Below, one piece after another: positions 53,200 through 64,000 of a stretch of DNA of 64,000 nt. Origin of the DNA: an uncultured Spirochaetota bacterium (GTDB lineage: Bacteria > Spirochaetota > Spirochaetia > SZUA-6 > CAVTHK01); the NCBI GenBank assembly GCA_963734495.1, contig CAVTHK010000013.1, positions 60,654-124,653 on the forward strand, given 5' to 3'. The notes below the pieces were generated by a model. It was not told the DNA's origin. It saw nothing but the letters and a program-made list of their open reading frames with translations, and searched no databases. Both the position numbers and the translations under genes were made by a program. Within the stretch, counting starts at the first letter, position 1. Each line of letters begins with the position of its first letter.

Positions 53200-53770
53200 C
53201 ATAGACGCGGTCGACGAGGCGGTCCAGCTTCGTCCCGCCCAGCTCCGCCTTGACGATGTCCATCATGACCCGGTCGTAGCGGCGGCCGCCGATGAGCTTC
53301 GACTCGCGCCAGCGGCCGATCTCGCGGAACCCGACCTTCCGGTAGCAGGCGATGGCCCGCCGGTTGTAGGAGAAGACCTCCAGCATGACGCTGTGCAGGT
53401 TGAGCACGTTGAAGCCGTAGTCCAGCAGGAGCCGCAGCGCCTCGGTGCCGTAGCCCCGGCTCCAGTAGCGCTTGTCGCCGATGAAGATCCCGACGACCGC
53501 GGTGCCGTTGACGTGATCCTGCCTGTCGAGGGTGCAGTTGCCGACGAGCTGGTCCGTTTCGAGGTCGACGATGCCGTAGTGGTGGCCCGCCCCGGCCATC
53601 CTGCCCAGCAGCTCCCGCTCGCCGGCTGCGGTCACGTGCCCGGTGACCATGCTCAGCCCCGAGGTCACGTCCAGGTCGTTGAGCCACTCCGTGTACCTGA
53701 GGTAGTCGTCGGCGTCGATCGGAGACAGGTAGCAGTGCTCGCCGACGAGCTTCCTGAAGTAGCGCCCCAT
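53200..53770 (-). CDS. GNAT-family N-acetyltransferase (RimJ/RimL-like); 3' boundary approximate
   Basis: N-terminal part of ORF 51398..53770: ...[18 protein letters not shown]...[20 protein letters not shown]... Confidence 0.55.
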
Positions 53771-53797
53771 GCTTCCCCCTCGTCGGCCGCGCCCGGG

Positions 53798-54787
53798 CTA
53801 CCGCGCGAGAACCCGGTCGATCTCGGACATCTGCGACTCCGTGAGCGGGCCCCGGTCCATGGCGCCCGCGTTCTCCCGGACCTGAGCGAGCGACTTGAAA
53901 CCCGGGATGGGCACGGTCCGGGCGCTGCGCGCCCAGATCCAGGCGAGCGCGCCCTGCGCCAGCGTCCGGCCGTTGCTGGTGAGAATCCCGCGGAGCGCCT
54001 CGATCTTCGCGATCCACTCGGGCCTCGGCCTGCCTGCCGCAAAGTAGCGCATCCAGGGCGGGCTCTTCGGCCCGCGCACGTCGTCGGCCGGCAGCACCGA
54101 CTCCGCCGTGTATCTGCCCCCGAGCAGCCCCATCGCGAGAGGCCCCCGGTTGATGCTCGCGAGGCCCAGCTCGTCGCAGAGCCGCAGCATCTCGGGGGCG
54201 TCCTCGACCACGTTGAGGCGGTTCTGGACGGACGTGCAGTGGGCGCCCGCTGCGAAGATGCGCGCCCGGTCCGGCAGGTCGGTGCTCCATCCGTAGGCCC
54301 GGATCTTGCCGGCCTCGACCAGCCCTTCCAGCGTCTCCCGAACCTCGGCTGCCCGCGCGGCCTCGTAGGAGCCGAGGTGGAACTGGTAGAGGTCGATGTA
54401 CTCAGTGCCCAGCCGCCGGAGCGAGGCGTCGCACGCGGACCGGATGTACCGCGGTGAGGCGTCGCCGGCTCCGAGCTGCCGGCTCGCCTCGTCGAAGGTG
54501 TTGCCGAACTTGGTGGCGATCACGACGGAAGAGCGCCTTGCGCCGAGCGCCCGGCCCAGCACCCGCTCGCTGTGCCCCGCGCCGTAGACGTCGGCGGTGT
54601 CGAAGAAGGTCACGCCCAGGTCTATGGCCGCGTGGATCGCCCGCTCCGACTCCGCGTCATCGACCCCGCCCCACCCGTCCGCGTTCTCCCCCCGCCAGGC
54701 GGGACCGCCGATCGCCCAGCAGCCGAGCCCGAGGGCGCTGACTTCGATCCCCGACCTGCCGAGCGCCCGTGCCTGCATCGCACCCAT
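53798..54787 (-). CDS. aldo/keto reductase
   Basis: LGLGCW..G, DTADVYG and IATKFG motifs of the AKR superfamily. Confidence 0.8.
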   Translation of the reverse strand: MGAMQARALGRSGIEVSALGLGCWAIGGPAWRGENADGWGGVDDAESERAIHAAIDLGVTFFDTADVYGAGHSERVLGRALGARRSSVVIATKFGNTFDEASRQLGAGDASPRYIRSACDASLRRLGTEYIDLYQFHLGSYEAARAAEVRETLEGLVEAGKIRAYGWSTDLPDRARIFAAGAHCTSVQNRLNVVEDAPEMLRLCDELGLASINRGPLAMGLLGGRYTAESVLPADDVRGPKSPPWMRYFAAGRPRPEWIAKIEALRGILTSNGRTLAQGALAWIWARSARTVPIPGFKSLAQVRENAGAMDRGPLTESQMSEIDRVLAR

Positions 54788-54796
54788 GGCTCCTCC

Positions 54797-55588
54797 CTAC
54801 GTCCTGCCCAGCAGGAGCAGCGCGGGGGCCGCCTCCACCCCCGTGCGCCGCACGCGCTCCTCGAGCGCGCGCCCCTCATCGCGCAGCCGCGTGGCCTCCG
54901 CGCCGCCGGCGCCCGCGAGGCGGGCCCGGTGCTGCGCGATCTCCTCGAGCGCCCGCGCCGCGGTCTTGTCGCGGTCCGCGGGCTGGTAGTCGATCACCTC
55001 CGGATCCTGCAGCCCCAGCCGCGCCACGAGCGCGATGAGGACCTCGCGGGAGAACGTCTGGTTGTGTCGGACTCCCGCGAGGGTGTCGGCGCGCGCGCGC
55101 CACCCGTGCACCAGGACGTCCGTCCGCTGCGCCTCGCTGGTCGTGCCCGTGTGCGGCTCGGCAACGATGATCCAGCCGCCCGGCCGCAGGACGCGCCGCA
55201 TCTCTGCGAGGACCGCCGCGGGGTCCTTCACGTGGTGAAGGGCATAGGAGATCGACGCGACGTCGAAGCTCGCGTCGGCGAATGCGAGCCGCTCCCCTTC
55301 CATGGTGTGGTAGTCCAGGTCGAGCCGGGGGAAGCGCTCCCGGAGCCTGGGCCCGTAGTCGTCGACGACGTCGACGGCGGTGACGCGGCCGCAGCGCCCG
55401 AGGTGCGCCTGCAGCCGCGCGATGGACCCGCCCAGCCCGCAGCCGACGTCGAGCACCCGCTCCGCCTCGATTGTCGCCAGTCGGTCGAAGACATCCACCC
55501 CGTCCGCCTCCGGCGGCGCTCGCCGCCGCGCCGCGGTCAGGCCCCGCGGCGCATTCGCCAAAGTATCATCGGCCTCGGCAACGGGCAA
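54797..55588 (-). CDS. class I SAM-dependent methyltransferase, second
   Basis: VLDVGCGLGG (motif I)...LRPGGWIIVAEP. Confidence 0.7.
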   Translation of the reverse strand: MPVAEADDTLANAPRGLTAARRRAPPEADGVDVFDRLATIEAERVLDVGCGLGGSIARLQAHLGRCGRVTAVDVVDDYGPRLRERFPRLDLDYHTMEGERLAFADASFDVASISYALHHVKDPAAVLAEMRRVLRPGGWIIVAEPHTGTTSEAQRTDVLVHGWRARADTLAGVRHNQTFSREVLIALVARLGLQDPEVIDYQPADRDKTAARALEEIAQHRARLAGAGGAEATRLRDEGRALEERVRRTGVEAAPALLLLGRT

Positions 55589-55637
55589 CCCGCGACCGAC
55601 CCTCGACAGAACGCCGGGATTCGGCTATCTGTCACGC

Positions 55638-56255
55638 GTGAGCCTCTCGCCGTCCGACGCAGCGTTCTGGCGCAGGCTGCGGCCGGGCACGCGGCTCGTC
55701 GTCCGCGCTCATCCTCCGGGAGCGGATCGGCCGCGGGCCGCGCGCAGCCGCGAAGTCGAGATCGTCGGCGTACGCCCCCTCGCCGTGGCCGACGAGCAGG
55801 GCGCCCTCAGGTCGGAGTACCTGCTCTTCGATCTGCGCTCGGGCGAGGCCTTCCACACCCTGGTCGTCACGATCGCGGACGGGCGGCTCTCGATCCGCGT
55901 CTGCGGGATCCTCGATGAGGGAGCCGTCGGCACGCGCGAGGAGCTCTCTCAACGAGGCCTCGACTGGCTGTTCGAAGGCGGCGCGGAGGGCCTGAGATAC
56001 GCCTGCTACCCCGTCGTTCCCCTCGTCGAAGGCGGGCTCGAGCGGCGCATCCCTTTTGCAGCGGTGTCCGCCGCTCCCGTGCGCGGTGAGTACGCGCCGC
56101 CGAAGTCGGATCGCGCGGCCGCCTTCCTGATCATGGAGTACGCGGCGCTGGAACAGTGCGAGGAGCCCGTTCTCGTCGTGCTCGAGGAGGTCGACACCGC
56201 CCGCGTGACCGTCCTTGCCGGGAGCCCGATCGATCCGCGCCAGTTCGAGCGCTGA
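55638..56255 (+). CDS. hypothetical protein; GTG start uncertain
   Basis: About 205-aa ORF in the frame of 55380..56255 with no in-frame ATG. No recognisable motifs. Confidence 0.3.
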   Translation: MSLSPSDAAFWRRLRPGTRLVVRAHPPGADRPRAARSREVEIVGVRPLAVADEQGALRSEYLLFDLRSGEAFHTLVVTIADGRLSIRVCGILDEGAVGTREELSQRGLDWLFEGGAEGLRYACYPVVPLVEGGLERRIPFAAVSAAPVRGEYAPPKSDRAAAFLIMEYAALEQCEEPVLVVLEEVDTARVTVLAGSPIDPRQFER

Positions 56256-56328
56256 GCGCCCGCGGCGGCGCGCGCAGGCGCCGCGGGCGGTTGCCGCCGG
56301 CCCCGCTCTCGGCTAATATGGGGCAGCC

Positions 56329-57538
56329 ATGGATCGCAACCGGTTCCTGATGATCGCGATCGTCGTGATCGCGGTCGTCTTTATCTTCAACCCTTTCGGC
56401 CGGAAGCAGCCCGCCGAGCGGCTCTATCCCTCCTACATCAAGAAGGAAGTCCTCGACCCGATCAGGGCCGACGTCCTCGCCAGGGCCCGGAAGCCCGAGG
56501 ACTACGTCGCCGGCCTCTTCGATCGACGCGACATCGTCTTCCTGGGCGAGTTCCCGAAGATCAAGCAGCAGGTGGAGTTCGTGAGCGGACTGATCCCGGT
56601 GCTGTACAGGCACGGCGTCACGAACCTCGGGATCGAGCATGCTCTCTACGCGAGCCAGGCCGACATCGACGCGCTGCTGTCCGCTCCCGCGTTCGACGAG
56701 GCCCGCGCCCGCAGGATCTCCTTCGACTTTATTGTCCTCTGGGGCTTCGAGGAGTATGAAGGGCTGCTCAAGAGCGCCTGGCAGCTCAACCGGAGCCTCC
56801 CGCCCGGCGCCAAGCCGTTCCGCATCGTCGGGCTGAACGTCCGCAGGCACTGGGAGTACATCCGGACCGAGGACGACATCGACAAGCCCGAGGTCGTGCA
56901 GAAGGTGCTCTCCGAGGGCGTTCCCGACCGTTTCATGGCGGACACGATCCTGCGGGAGTTCGTCGACCGCGGCGAGAAGGCGCTGGTCTTCCTGAACCTG
57001 CAGAGCGGCATCACCAGGTACCGCAACCACGAGTACGAGAAGAACGCGCAGGCCAAGGGCCTCTCCGAGACCCGGCGCGCCGGCAACATCGTCTTCGACC
57101 GGATCGGCGACCGCGCGGCCTTCGTGCCCATGCACGCCCCCTGGCCCGACAAGAACACGCTGAGCCGGGTCAACTTTCCGGTCGACGGGGTGCTCGACCG
57201 CATCATCGCCGCGCAGCCGAAGAGCGGCCGCCGCATGGGGTTCGATGTCCGCGGCACGCAGGTCGGGGCTCTCGAGATCAAGACCGACGTGTATCGATCG
57301 GGCTATGACAACCTCACGCTCGGGGACTTTGCCGACGGCTACGTCATCCTCGGTCCGCTGTCGGAGTACGAGACGGTCACGCCGATCCCCGACTTCATCA
57401 CCGACGCCAACGTCGAGCAGGCGCTGGCGAACTTTCCCGGGCCCCAAGGAGCCGCGCAAGCTCACGCCGGCGGAGCTCAACCGCTACATCTCGCAGGACG
57501 TGGCCAACCTCAAGCGCGTCCTCGATCAGTTCGAGTAA
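56329..57538 (+). CDS. membrane-anchored ChaN/Tiki-like (DUF399) protein (tentative); C-terminal frameshift near 57445
   Basis: N-terminal TM segment (MDRNRFLMIAIVVIAVVFIF) and ...DIVFLGEFPK... The C-terminus (...KEPRKLTPAELNRYISQDVANLKRVLDQFE*) is in ORF 57245..57538. Confidence 0.4.
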
Positions 57539-57644
57539 TCCCCGCGCGCAAGACGCGCCGGGGTGCGGCGCGCGTCACGGACCCACGCGCTTGCGGAGAC
57601 AAACGGGTCCTTGTGGGTTAGTACTTCCCGGGAGGCGAGAAAGC

Positions 57645-58812
57645 GTGCGGATTGCCTTCTTCTTCGAGATCTTCTATCCGCAGATCAACGGAGTCGTGAC
57701 CTCGACGCTCAACCTGGCGCTGAACCTCAAGAAGCGCGGCCACGAGGTGCTGTTCTGCGCGCCCAAGTCGCGCGGATTCGAGACCACGCACATCCACGGG
57801 ATCGAGACGTACTACCTCGAGTCGGTGCCGTTCTTCGCCTACCCCGGCATGCACGTGACGCTCCCGTGGTCGTACCGGGTGGTCGGCAAGATACGCCGCG
57901 ACGGGATCGACGTGCTGCACTTCACGGGGCCCTTCACGCTCGGCATCAACGCGATCAACGCGGCGCGCAGGCTCGACCTGCCGGTCGTGCAGACGTTTCA
58001 CACGATGATCGCCGACCCCAGCTACATCAAGTACGTCACCCGCATGGACCTGCCCCACGGCGAGCTCCTGACGTGGCAGTACATCGGGCTGTTCGTGCGC
58101 GAGTCCGACGTGATCACCTGCCCGAGCCGCTACATCCTGGAAAAGGTGCGCCGCCGCTTTCCCGATCACCGCTACGTCCACATCTCCAACGGCATCGACC
58201 TCAAGGACTTCCAGCCCGGCGGGAGCGACGCGACGCTCCGCGCGCGCGTGGCCGCAGTTCAACGACAAGACGTTCCTGTTCGTGGGCAGGCTGGGTACAG
58301 GAGAAGTCCATCGACGTCGTGATCCGCGGCGTCGCCGAAGCGGCCAGCGAGGACCCCGACATCCGGCTCGTCGATCGTGGGCGACGGGCCCGGCGGCCGA
58401 GGGGCTGCGGGAGCTCGCCCGCGGCCTCGGCTGCGCGGATCGCGTGTTCTTTACGGGCAAGATCGACCACGACGCGCTGCTGCGCAGCGGGCTCATACAC
58501 GAGGCGCGGGCCTTTGTCACCGCCTCGAGGACGGAGATCCAGTCGATGACGGTGCTCGAGGCGATCGCCTGCGGAACGCCCCTGCGTCGTCGCGAACGTG
58601 CGAAGCGATGGAGGAGATCATCGACGGCAACGGCCTGTTCTTCGATCCGGACAACGTCAAGGACCTGGCCGCGGTGCCTGCTGCGCATGGCCTCCGACGA
58701 CGGCGCTGTACACGGAGTTCCGCAGGCGGACCGTCCAGATGTCCGCCCGCTACGACGGCGCCGAGGTGGCCGACGAAGTTCGAAGAGGTCTACCAGTCGC
58801 TCCTCGAGAAGG
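57645..58812 (+). pseudogene. GT4-family glycosyltransferase with about 5 frameshifts
   Basis: GTG start with GGGAGG RBS. VRIAFFFEIFYPQINGV... and the C-terminal E-x7-E region ([12 protein letters not shown]...[10 protein letters not shown]) are spread over ORFs 57591, 58282, 58598 and 58377. Confidence 0.55.
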
Positions 58813-58818
58813 GGATGA

Positions 58819-59351
58819 GATGGACGTCTACGAGGCCATCCGCGCTGCGCAAGGCCGTGCGCTCCTACGAGGACCGTCCCGTCGAAAAGGACAAGCTCGA
58901 GCGCGTGCTGAACGCGGCGCGCCTCGCCCCGTCGGCGCGCAACATGCAGGAGTGGCGGTTCGTCGTCGTGTCCGACCGCGCAGACCCGGGAGGCCCTGCG
59001 GCACGCGGCGAACAACCAGGCCTTCGTCGCGGAGGCGCCGATCGTGATCGCGGGCTGCGCCGTCAAGAGCGACCACGTCATGCGCTGCGGGCAGCCGAGC
59101 TACCCCATCGACGTCGCGATCGCCACCGACCATCTCATCCTGGCCGCGGCCGCCGAGGGCCTGGGCACCTGCTGGATCGGCGCGTTCGACGAGGGCGAGG
59201 TGCGCCGCGTCCTCGGCATCCCGTCCGGCGGTCCGCGTCGTCGAGCTGCTCACGCTCGGCTACCCCACGGATGCCGTCGCCCGTCGAGCAAGAACCGGCT
59301 GCCCGCTGCGCGACGTCGTGCGCTACGAGCGCTGGACCTGATCGCGGGGCT
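58819..59351 (+). pseudogene. nitroreductase-family protein with about 4 frameshifts
   Basis: MDVYEAIR / [42 protein letters not shown] / ...[13 protein letters not shown]...[12 protein letters not shown]... / ...[10 protein letters not shown]... lie in different frames. Confidence 0.5.
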
Positions 59352-59378
59352 GCCGGGAGCCGCGACCGGCTGTCGGCG

Positions 59379-61817
59379 TCACGGCGACTTCAGCCGCACC
59401 ACCGTCCTGCCGAACCCTCCGAGCTCGGGCCGGGAGAAGCTGAACTCCTGGACCGAGGGCTCCGCCTTGAGGAACCTGTGGACCGCCTCGCGCAGGACCC
59501 CTTCGCCCTTGCCGTGGATGACCCCGAACTCGCGCATGCCCGCCAGGACCGCGGCATCGAGCTGCCGCCTCAGGGCCGCGAGCGCCTCTTCGAGCCGGTA
59601 GCCGCGCAGGTCGAGCTCCATCGCGGCCGGCGGGGCCGCCTCGAGGCTCGAGACCACCTCCACGGCGGGAGTCTCCTCCTCGGCCGCGACCGGCCGCAGC
59701 TGGGCGGCCGGCAGCGTGGCGCGCACCGTGTCGGTCTCCACGACCCACAGCCCGCCGCGCGCCCGGCGCAGCAGGCGCCCCCGGCGCCCGGTGCGCCCGC
59801 ACGACGACCTCCGCGCCGGGCTCGAGCTCGGCGTCGACGCGGCCGCCTCCTCCTCCTCGGCCTCGACCCTCCGCTCCTCGTCGTCGACGCGGTCGCGCAG
59901 CTCGCGGACGAACTCCGCGGCCTGCCGCGTGAGGTCCCGGCCGAGCGCGCGCCGCCCCTTCCGATTCGCGGATCTGCTGGATGAGCCCGTCGAGCCGGCG
60001 GCGTCCGTCGTCGAGGAAGCGCTTGAGGTCGCGATGCCGGCCCGGCGCAGCTCCCGCTCGCGCTGCCGCAGGCGCAGCTCCTTGAGGTCGGTGGCGCGCT
60101 GCTGCTCGCGCAGCTCGCTCTCGCGCGCGCGCGCGCTGCGCTCGGCGTCGGCGAGCGCGCGCTCCTTCGCCGCGAGGCGCTCGATCACCCGCGAGATGTC
60201 GCTGCGCTCGTCGTTCAGGTACGCCCGCGCCCGCTCGACCAGGCCGGCGGGCATCCCCTGGCCGCGCGCGATCTCGAGGGCGTGGCTCTCGCCCGGGACG
60301 CCGAGGCGGATGGCGAAGGTCGGCGAGAGCGTTCGCGGTGTCGAACTCCATCGAGGCGTTCATCACGCCCGGCGCGGGTGTAGCCGTAGTTCTTGAGGAT
60401 CCCGTGGTGGGTCGTGACGAGCGTGACCGCCCGCGTCTCGATGAAGTGATCGAGCACTGCCATGGCGATGGCGACGCCCTCCTCGGGGTCCGTTCCGGCG
60501 CCCAGCTCGTCGAGCAGCACCAGCGATCGCGCGAGTCGGCGAGCCCGACGATGCGCGACGAGGTTGCGCACGTGGCCCGAGAACGTCGACAGCGACTGCT
60601 CGATCGACTGCTCGTCGCCGATGTCGGCCAGCACGTTGTCGAACACCGGCAGGCGGCTGCCCGGCGCCGCGGGGATCTCCATGCCGAACTGGTTCATGAC
60701 GGCGAGCAGGCCCACCGTCTTCAGGGAGACGGTCTTGCCGCCGGTGTTGGGCCCCGTGATGATGAGCGTGCGCACGTCGCCGGCGAGCCGCACCTCGATG
60801 GGGATGGCCCGCCGCGCCGAGCAGCGGGTGCCGCGCCTCCACCAGCGCGAGCTCCCCGTCGGAGGCGAGCGCCGCGCGAGCACCCGTGCACGGCGGCGTA
60901 GCGCGCCCTCGCCTGCAGGGCGTCCAGCTCCGACACCTGGCGCACGAGCCGTCCGCAGGTCCGCCTCCCGGACGGCCAGCTTCGCGCTCGCCTCCCGCAG
61001 GATGCGCGCGAGCTCGCGGTCGTACTCGCCCCGCTGCAGGGCGATCTCGTTGTTCTTCTCCGCGATGTCCGCGGGCTCGACGTAGACCGTGGCGCCGCTC
61101 GCGGAGCTCTCGTGCACGATCCCGGCGACGCGGCTGCGGAAGTTGGCCTTGATCGCGAGCACGAGGCGTCCGTCCCTCGTGGTGGGCCGGTCGCTCTGCC
61201 ACCAGGGCTCGCGTTCCGGATCGCCGATCCAGCTCGACGCGAGGCGGGCCACGTCGCCCCGGAGGCCCTGGATCCGCGCGGCGATGGAACGCAGCTCGGG
61301 GATCTCCTTTTCCTTGACCTGGCCTTCGCGGTCGACGATCCGGAAGATCATGCGCGCGAGGTCGTCGAGCTCGGGGATCTCGGCGGGCCATCTCCGCGAG
61401 CGCCGCAAAGGCGGCCTCGCCCGGCCCCCGGCACGCCCGCTTCCGCCGCGGGACCCGGCGCGCCGGCCTTCGCCCGAGAGGGCCGAGGCCGATCGCGTCA
61501 CGTAGCGCCGCAGCTCCGCCGCCGAGAGGATCGCGCGGCCGACCGCGGCCAGCTCCTCGGCTGCGAGCGTGACGCCGCTCTTGGCCAGGCGCGCGACGCT
61601 CGGAGCCACTTCGGGGAAGTCGAGGGCCGGCAGCGGCGCCTGCTCGACGAGGGCGCGGAACGCGGCGGCGAGGGCGACCCGCTCGCCCGTCTCCGCGCGC
61701 GTCGACGCTCACCGGCTGGGCGGCGACCACCTCGGCGCCTTCGCTGGAGACGCAGTAGTCCTTGACCTCGGCGACGACGCGGCCGAACTCCAGCAGCCTC
61801 AGGGCATGCTCATCCAT
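59379..61817 (-). CDS. mutS2: endonuclease MutS2 (MutS domain plus C-terminal Smr); at least 4 frameshifts
   Basis: [15 protein letters not shown]...; [21 protein letters not shown] (Walker A); [13 protein letters not shown]; C-terminal Smr [11 protein letters not shown]...[11 protein letters not shown]. Spread across ORFs 60363.., 60215.., 59379.. and 59323... Confidence 0.7.
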
Positions 61818-61853
61818 GGCGGTCCCTCCCGGAGCCGCTCGCGGCCGCGCCGG

Positions 61854-62687
61854 TCACGGGATCTCCCCCGCGAAGTCGATGCCTCGCTCCTCGCAGAAGC
61901 GCCTGTAGCGCGGCTCGACGCCGTCGGTGCGCGTGACGTAGAGCCGCGCCGCGGCCCGACGGCCCGGCGCGGGCGCTCCGCTGTCGGCCGGCGTCTCAGC
62001 CAGCACCCGCCCGAGCTGGCGGACCACCCCGTCGCGCGAGTCTACGATCCTGATCCCGTCACCGAGGACGCCGCGCAGCTCGGGTTCGAGGTGCAGGAAA
62101 TGCGTGCACGCGAGCACGACGACGTCAACGCGGTGTCGCCGCATCGTGTCGGCTGCCCGCCGGGCGATCGCGCGCCGCTCCTCCGGAGGGGCCTCGAACC
62201 AGCGGCGCTCGACAAAGTCCACGACGCCGGGCGCAGGCACGAGCACCACGCGGCAGCCGGCGGCGAAGCTGCGGATCATTCCCTTGAGATACCGGGCATG
62301 CACCGTCCGGCGGGTGGCGAGCAGACCCACCCTGCCGCTTTCCGTCGCGAGGGCGGCCGGCTTGATGGCCGGCACCGTTCCCACGAACGGGACGGCGAAA
62401 CGTTCGCGCAGGCTCTGCAGGGCCACCACGGACGCGGTGTTGCACGCGACGACGATGGCGCGCGGCTGCAGCGCCGCTATGCCCCTGCGGGCCGACTCCA
62501 CGACGGCGGCGGTCACGCGCGCCCGACTCTTCTGCCCATAGGGGAAATTGGCCGTGTCGGCGAGGTAGACGAAGGTCTCTCGGGGAAGCCTCTCCCGCGC
62601 CAGCTCCAGGTACGGCAGCCCGCCGATGCCGGAGTCCAGAAAGAGGACGGGACCGCGGCTACCCGCCGAACAGCTTGCCAAAGGCAT
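61854..62687 (-). CDS. murI: glutamate racemase
   Basis: VLFLDSGIGGLPYL...VVACNTAS...VLACTHF. Confidence 0.8.
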   Translation of the reverse strand: MPLASCSAGSRGPVLFLDSGIGGLPYLELARERLPRETFVYLADTANFPYGQKSRARVTAAVVESARRGIAALQPRAIVVACNTASVVALQSLRERFAVPFVGTVPAIKPAALATESGRVGLLATRRTVHARYLKGMIRSFAAGCRVVLVPAPGVVDFVERRWFEAPPEERRAIARRAADTMRRHRVDVVVLACTHFLHLEPELRGVLGDGIRIVDSRDGVVRQLGRVLAETPADSGAPAPGRRAAARLYVTRTDGVEPRYRRFCEERGIDFAGEIP

Positions 62688-62946
62688 CCTGCGCCTTGTC
62701 GCGCCCGCCGGTCTGTCCGCGCTCCTGGCCCCCGGAGCGGAAGCGGAACCACGAGCAGAAGTTGGCCCTCGCCTTGTCCACCACCTGCTCGTCGACCGTC
62801 TCGTGGCAGTCCCAGTGCGCGCCGGGGCTGTAGAACTGGCAGTTGAGGCAGCAGCGCAGGTCGGCGCCGCAGGAGGGGCACAGGGTGGCGCGGAAGACTT
62901 CGAGCTTGTCGTCTAGCGGCGTCCCGCACTTGTGGCAGCGTCGCAT
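62659..62946 (-). CDS. small Cys-rich zinc-ribbon protein
   Basis: 95 aa with CHKCG...CPSCG...CLNCQ...C pairs. Overlaps the murI start by about 29 nt. Confidence 0.4.
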   Translation of the reverse strand: MRRCHKCGTPLDDKLEVFRATLCPSCGADLRCCLNCQFYSPGAHWDCHETVDEQVVDKARANFCSWFRFRSGGQERGQTGGRDKAQDAFGKLFGG

Positions 62947-63044
62947 GGTGCGCCCATGATAGCAGGAATCGGCGGGCGCCATGCAAAGCCGGCGGGGGTC
63001 CACCGGCCGCGCGCACGGCATCGTCCTTGCCCCGACGGCCTGGA

Positions 63045-63569
63045 ATGCAGTACCGTCGCCGTAGAGTGACCGACGACGAAGTCAGAGCCTACGTCCGCGA
63101 CGCGCGCATCATCCGCGACGTCGACTTTGCGGGCCTGGAGCTCGCGGACATGGTGCTCGAGGACAAGGTCTTCTGGCTCTGCAACCTGCCGCGGATCCGC
63201 ATGCACCGCGTCAGGCTGAAGAACGTGAAGATCCGCCTGAGCTTCTTCGACTTCGGCTCCTTCGAGCGCTGCCAGACCGTGGGCTGCGACATCCGCAACT
63301 CCGTGTTCGCGGGCTCCCATCTCACCGCCTGCCGCATCGAGGAGACGGTGATGCACCGCGCCAACTTCGTCGGCGTCGAGGTGCGCGACAGCCTCTTTCT
63401 CGCCTCCGACCTGTACGCCACCCGCTTCACCTCGTCGCGCCTCGAGCGGGTCACGTTCCGGGACTGCAACCTGAAGCGCGTGCAGTTCCGCCGGGCGCTG
63501 CTCAGCCGCACGGACTTCCCCGCGTCGAACCTGCGCGAAGCCTACATGGAGGAGGCGCTGCGGCGGTGA
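63045..63569 (+). CDS. pentapeptide-repeat protein
   Basis: Tandem A(D/N)LxX-type pentapeptides (...ANFVGVEVRDSLFLASDLYATRFTSSRLERVTFRDCNLKRVQF...). Confidence 0.6.
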   Translation: MQYRRRRVTDDEVRAYVRDARIIRDVDFAGLELADMVLEDKVFWLCNLPRIRMHRVRLKNVKIRLSFFDFGSFERCQTVGCDIRNSVFAGSHLTACRIEETVMHRANFVGVEVRDSLFLASDLYATRFTSSRLERVTFRDCNLKRVQFRRALLSRTDFPASNLREAYMEEALRR

Positions 63570-64000
63570 AATTCTTCTGCCACTTCGGTCTCGAGGCCTT
63601 CTCCAACGCCTACCTGGTCGGGCCCGACGAGGGGGGCGAGGCCGTCCTGATCGACCCCGGCGACTTCGACGAGACTCTGCTCGGCATGATCGAGAAGAAC
63701 CGCCTCGACCTGAAGCACATCCTGGTCACCCATGCGCACGAGTCGCACGTGAGGGGCGTGCCGACCGCGCTCAAGATCTACGACGCCACCGTCTACGGGG
63801 TCGTCCCGCTGCCCCGAGTCGAGCAGGCACCGGACGATCGAGGACGGCGAGGAGCTCGAGCTCGGGAGCTTCCGGGTGCGCGTGCTGTGGACCCCCGGCC
63901 ATTCCCCGGACTCGGTCGTCTACCACATGCCGCCTTACCTGTTCACCGGGGACACGCTGCAGGCGGGCGCCCTCGGCTCGACGACTTCGGCGGCGGCCAG
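63566..64000 (+). CDS. MBL-fold metallo-hydrolase; 3' end beyond the window; frameshift near 63830
   Basis: HxHxDH motif (VTHAHESHV) and later ...WTPGHSPDS... in another frame. Confidence 0.55.
   Translation, partial: MKFFCHFGLEAFSNAYLVGPDEGGEAVLIDPGDFDETLLGMIEKNRLDLKHILVTHAHESHVRGVPTALKIYDATVYGVVPLPRVEQAPDDRGRRGARARELPGARAVDPRPFPGLGRLPHAALPVHRGHAAGGRPRLDDFGGGQ

Overview
High-GC (~70%) bacterial chromosomal window, densely coded with typical GGAGG ribosome-binding sites, frequent GTG/TTG starts and many 4-nt start/stop overlaps. No rRNA, tRNA, CRISPR array or mobile element could be supported. Gene content is mainly housekeeping and carbohydrate metabolism, in this order:
- a DUF1611 gene and a threonine-synthase-like PLP enzyme gene, abutting stop-to-start (TAA-ATG);
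- an acyl-ACP thioesterase;
- a sugar-catabolism-like operon: MalK-like ABC ATPase, class II aldolase, DapA-family lyase, FGGY kinase. A GntR regulator and URO-D-like gene sit convergently next to it;
- a dcd / acetyl-xylan-esterase / cyclophilin / SDR operon;
- an alpha-glucan cluster: DUF3417-type glgP, glgX, a large GH13-like protein, glgA with an N-terminal extension, then an HDAC-like deacetylase;
- rimK and nudC;
- a pyrimidine operon with a pyrF-pyrE fusion, a non-canonical amidohydrolase in the pyrC position and a pyrD-pyrK fusion. Two tandem intrinsic terminators sit in its leader;
- a histidine-phosphatase / phzF / rnd / membrane-protein operon;
- a split transketolase with a clear sigma70-like promoter, then rpiA;
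- glnS with a near-consensus promoter;
- metA, mutS2 and murI.
The most striking global feature is a large number of single-nucleotide frameshifts inside otherwise well-conserved genes. These include essential genes (glnS, pyrD, tkt, mutS2, dcd). They are dense in the glycogen cluster and in the GT4/nitroreductase pair, while about 10 kb (2.6-12.6 kb) reads clean. This pattern points more to sequencing or assembly indel error than to real pseudogenes, although locus-specific decay cannot be excluded. Several hairpin-containing tandem repeats lie in intergenic leaders. Nucleotide-level positions of the frameshifts were read by eye and may be off by a few bases.
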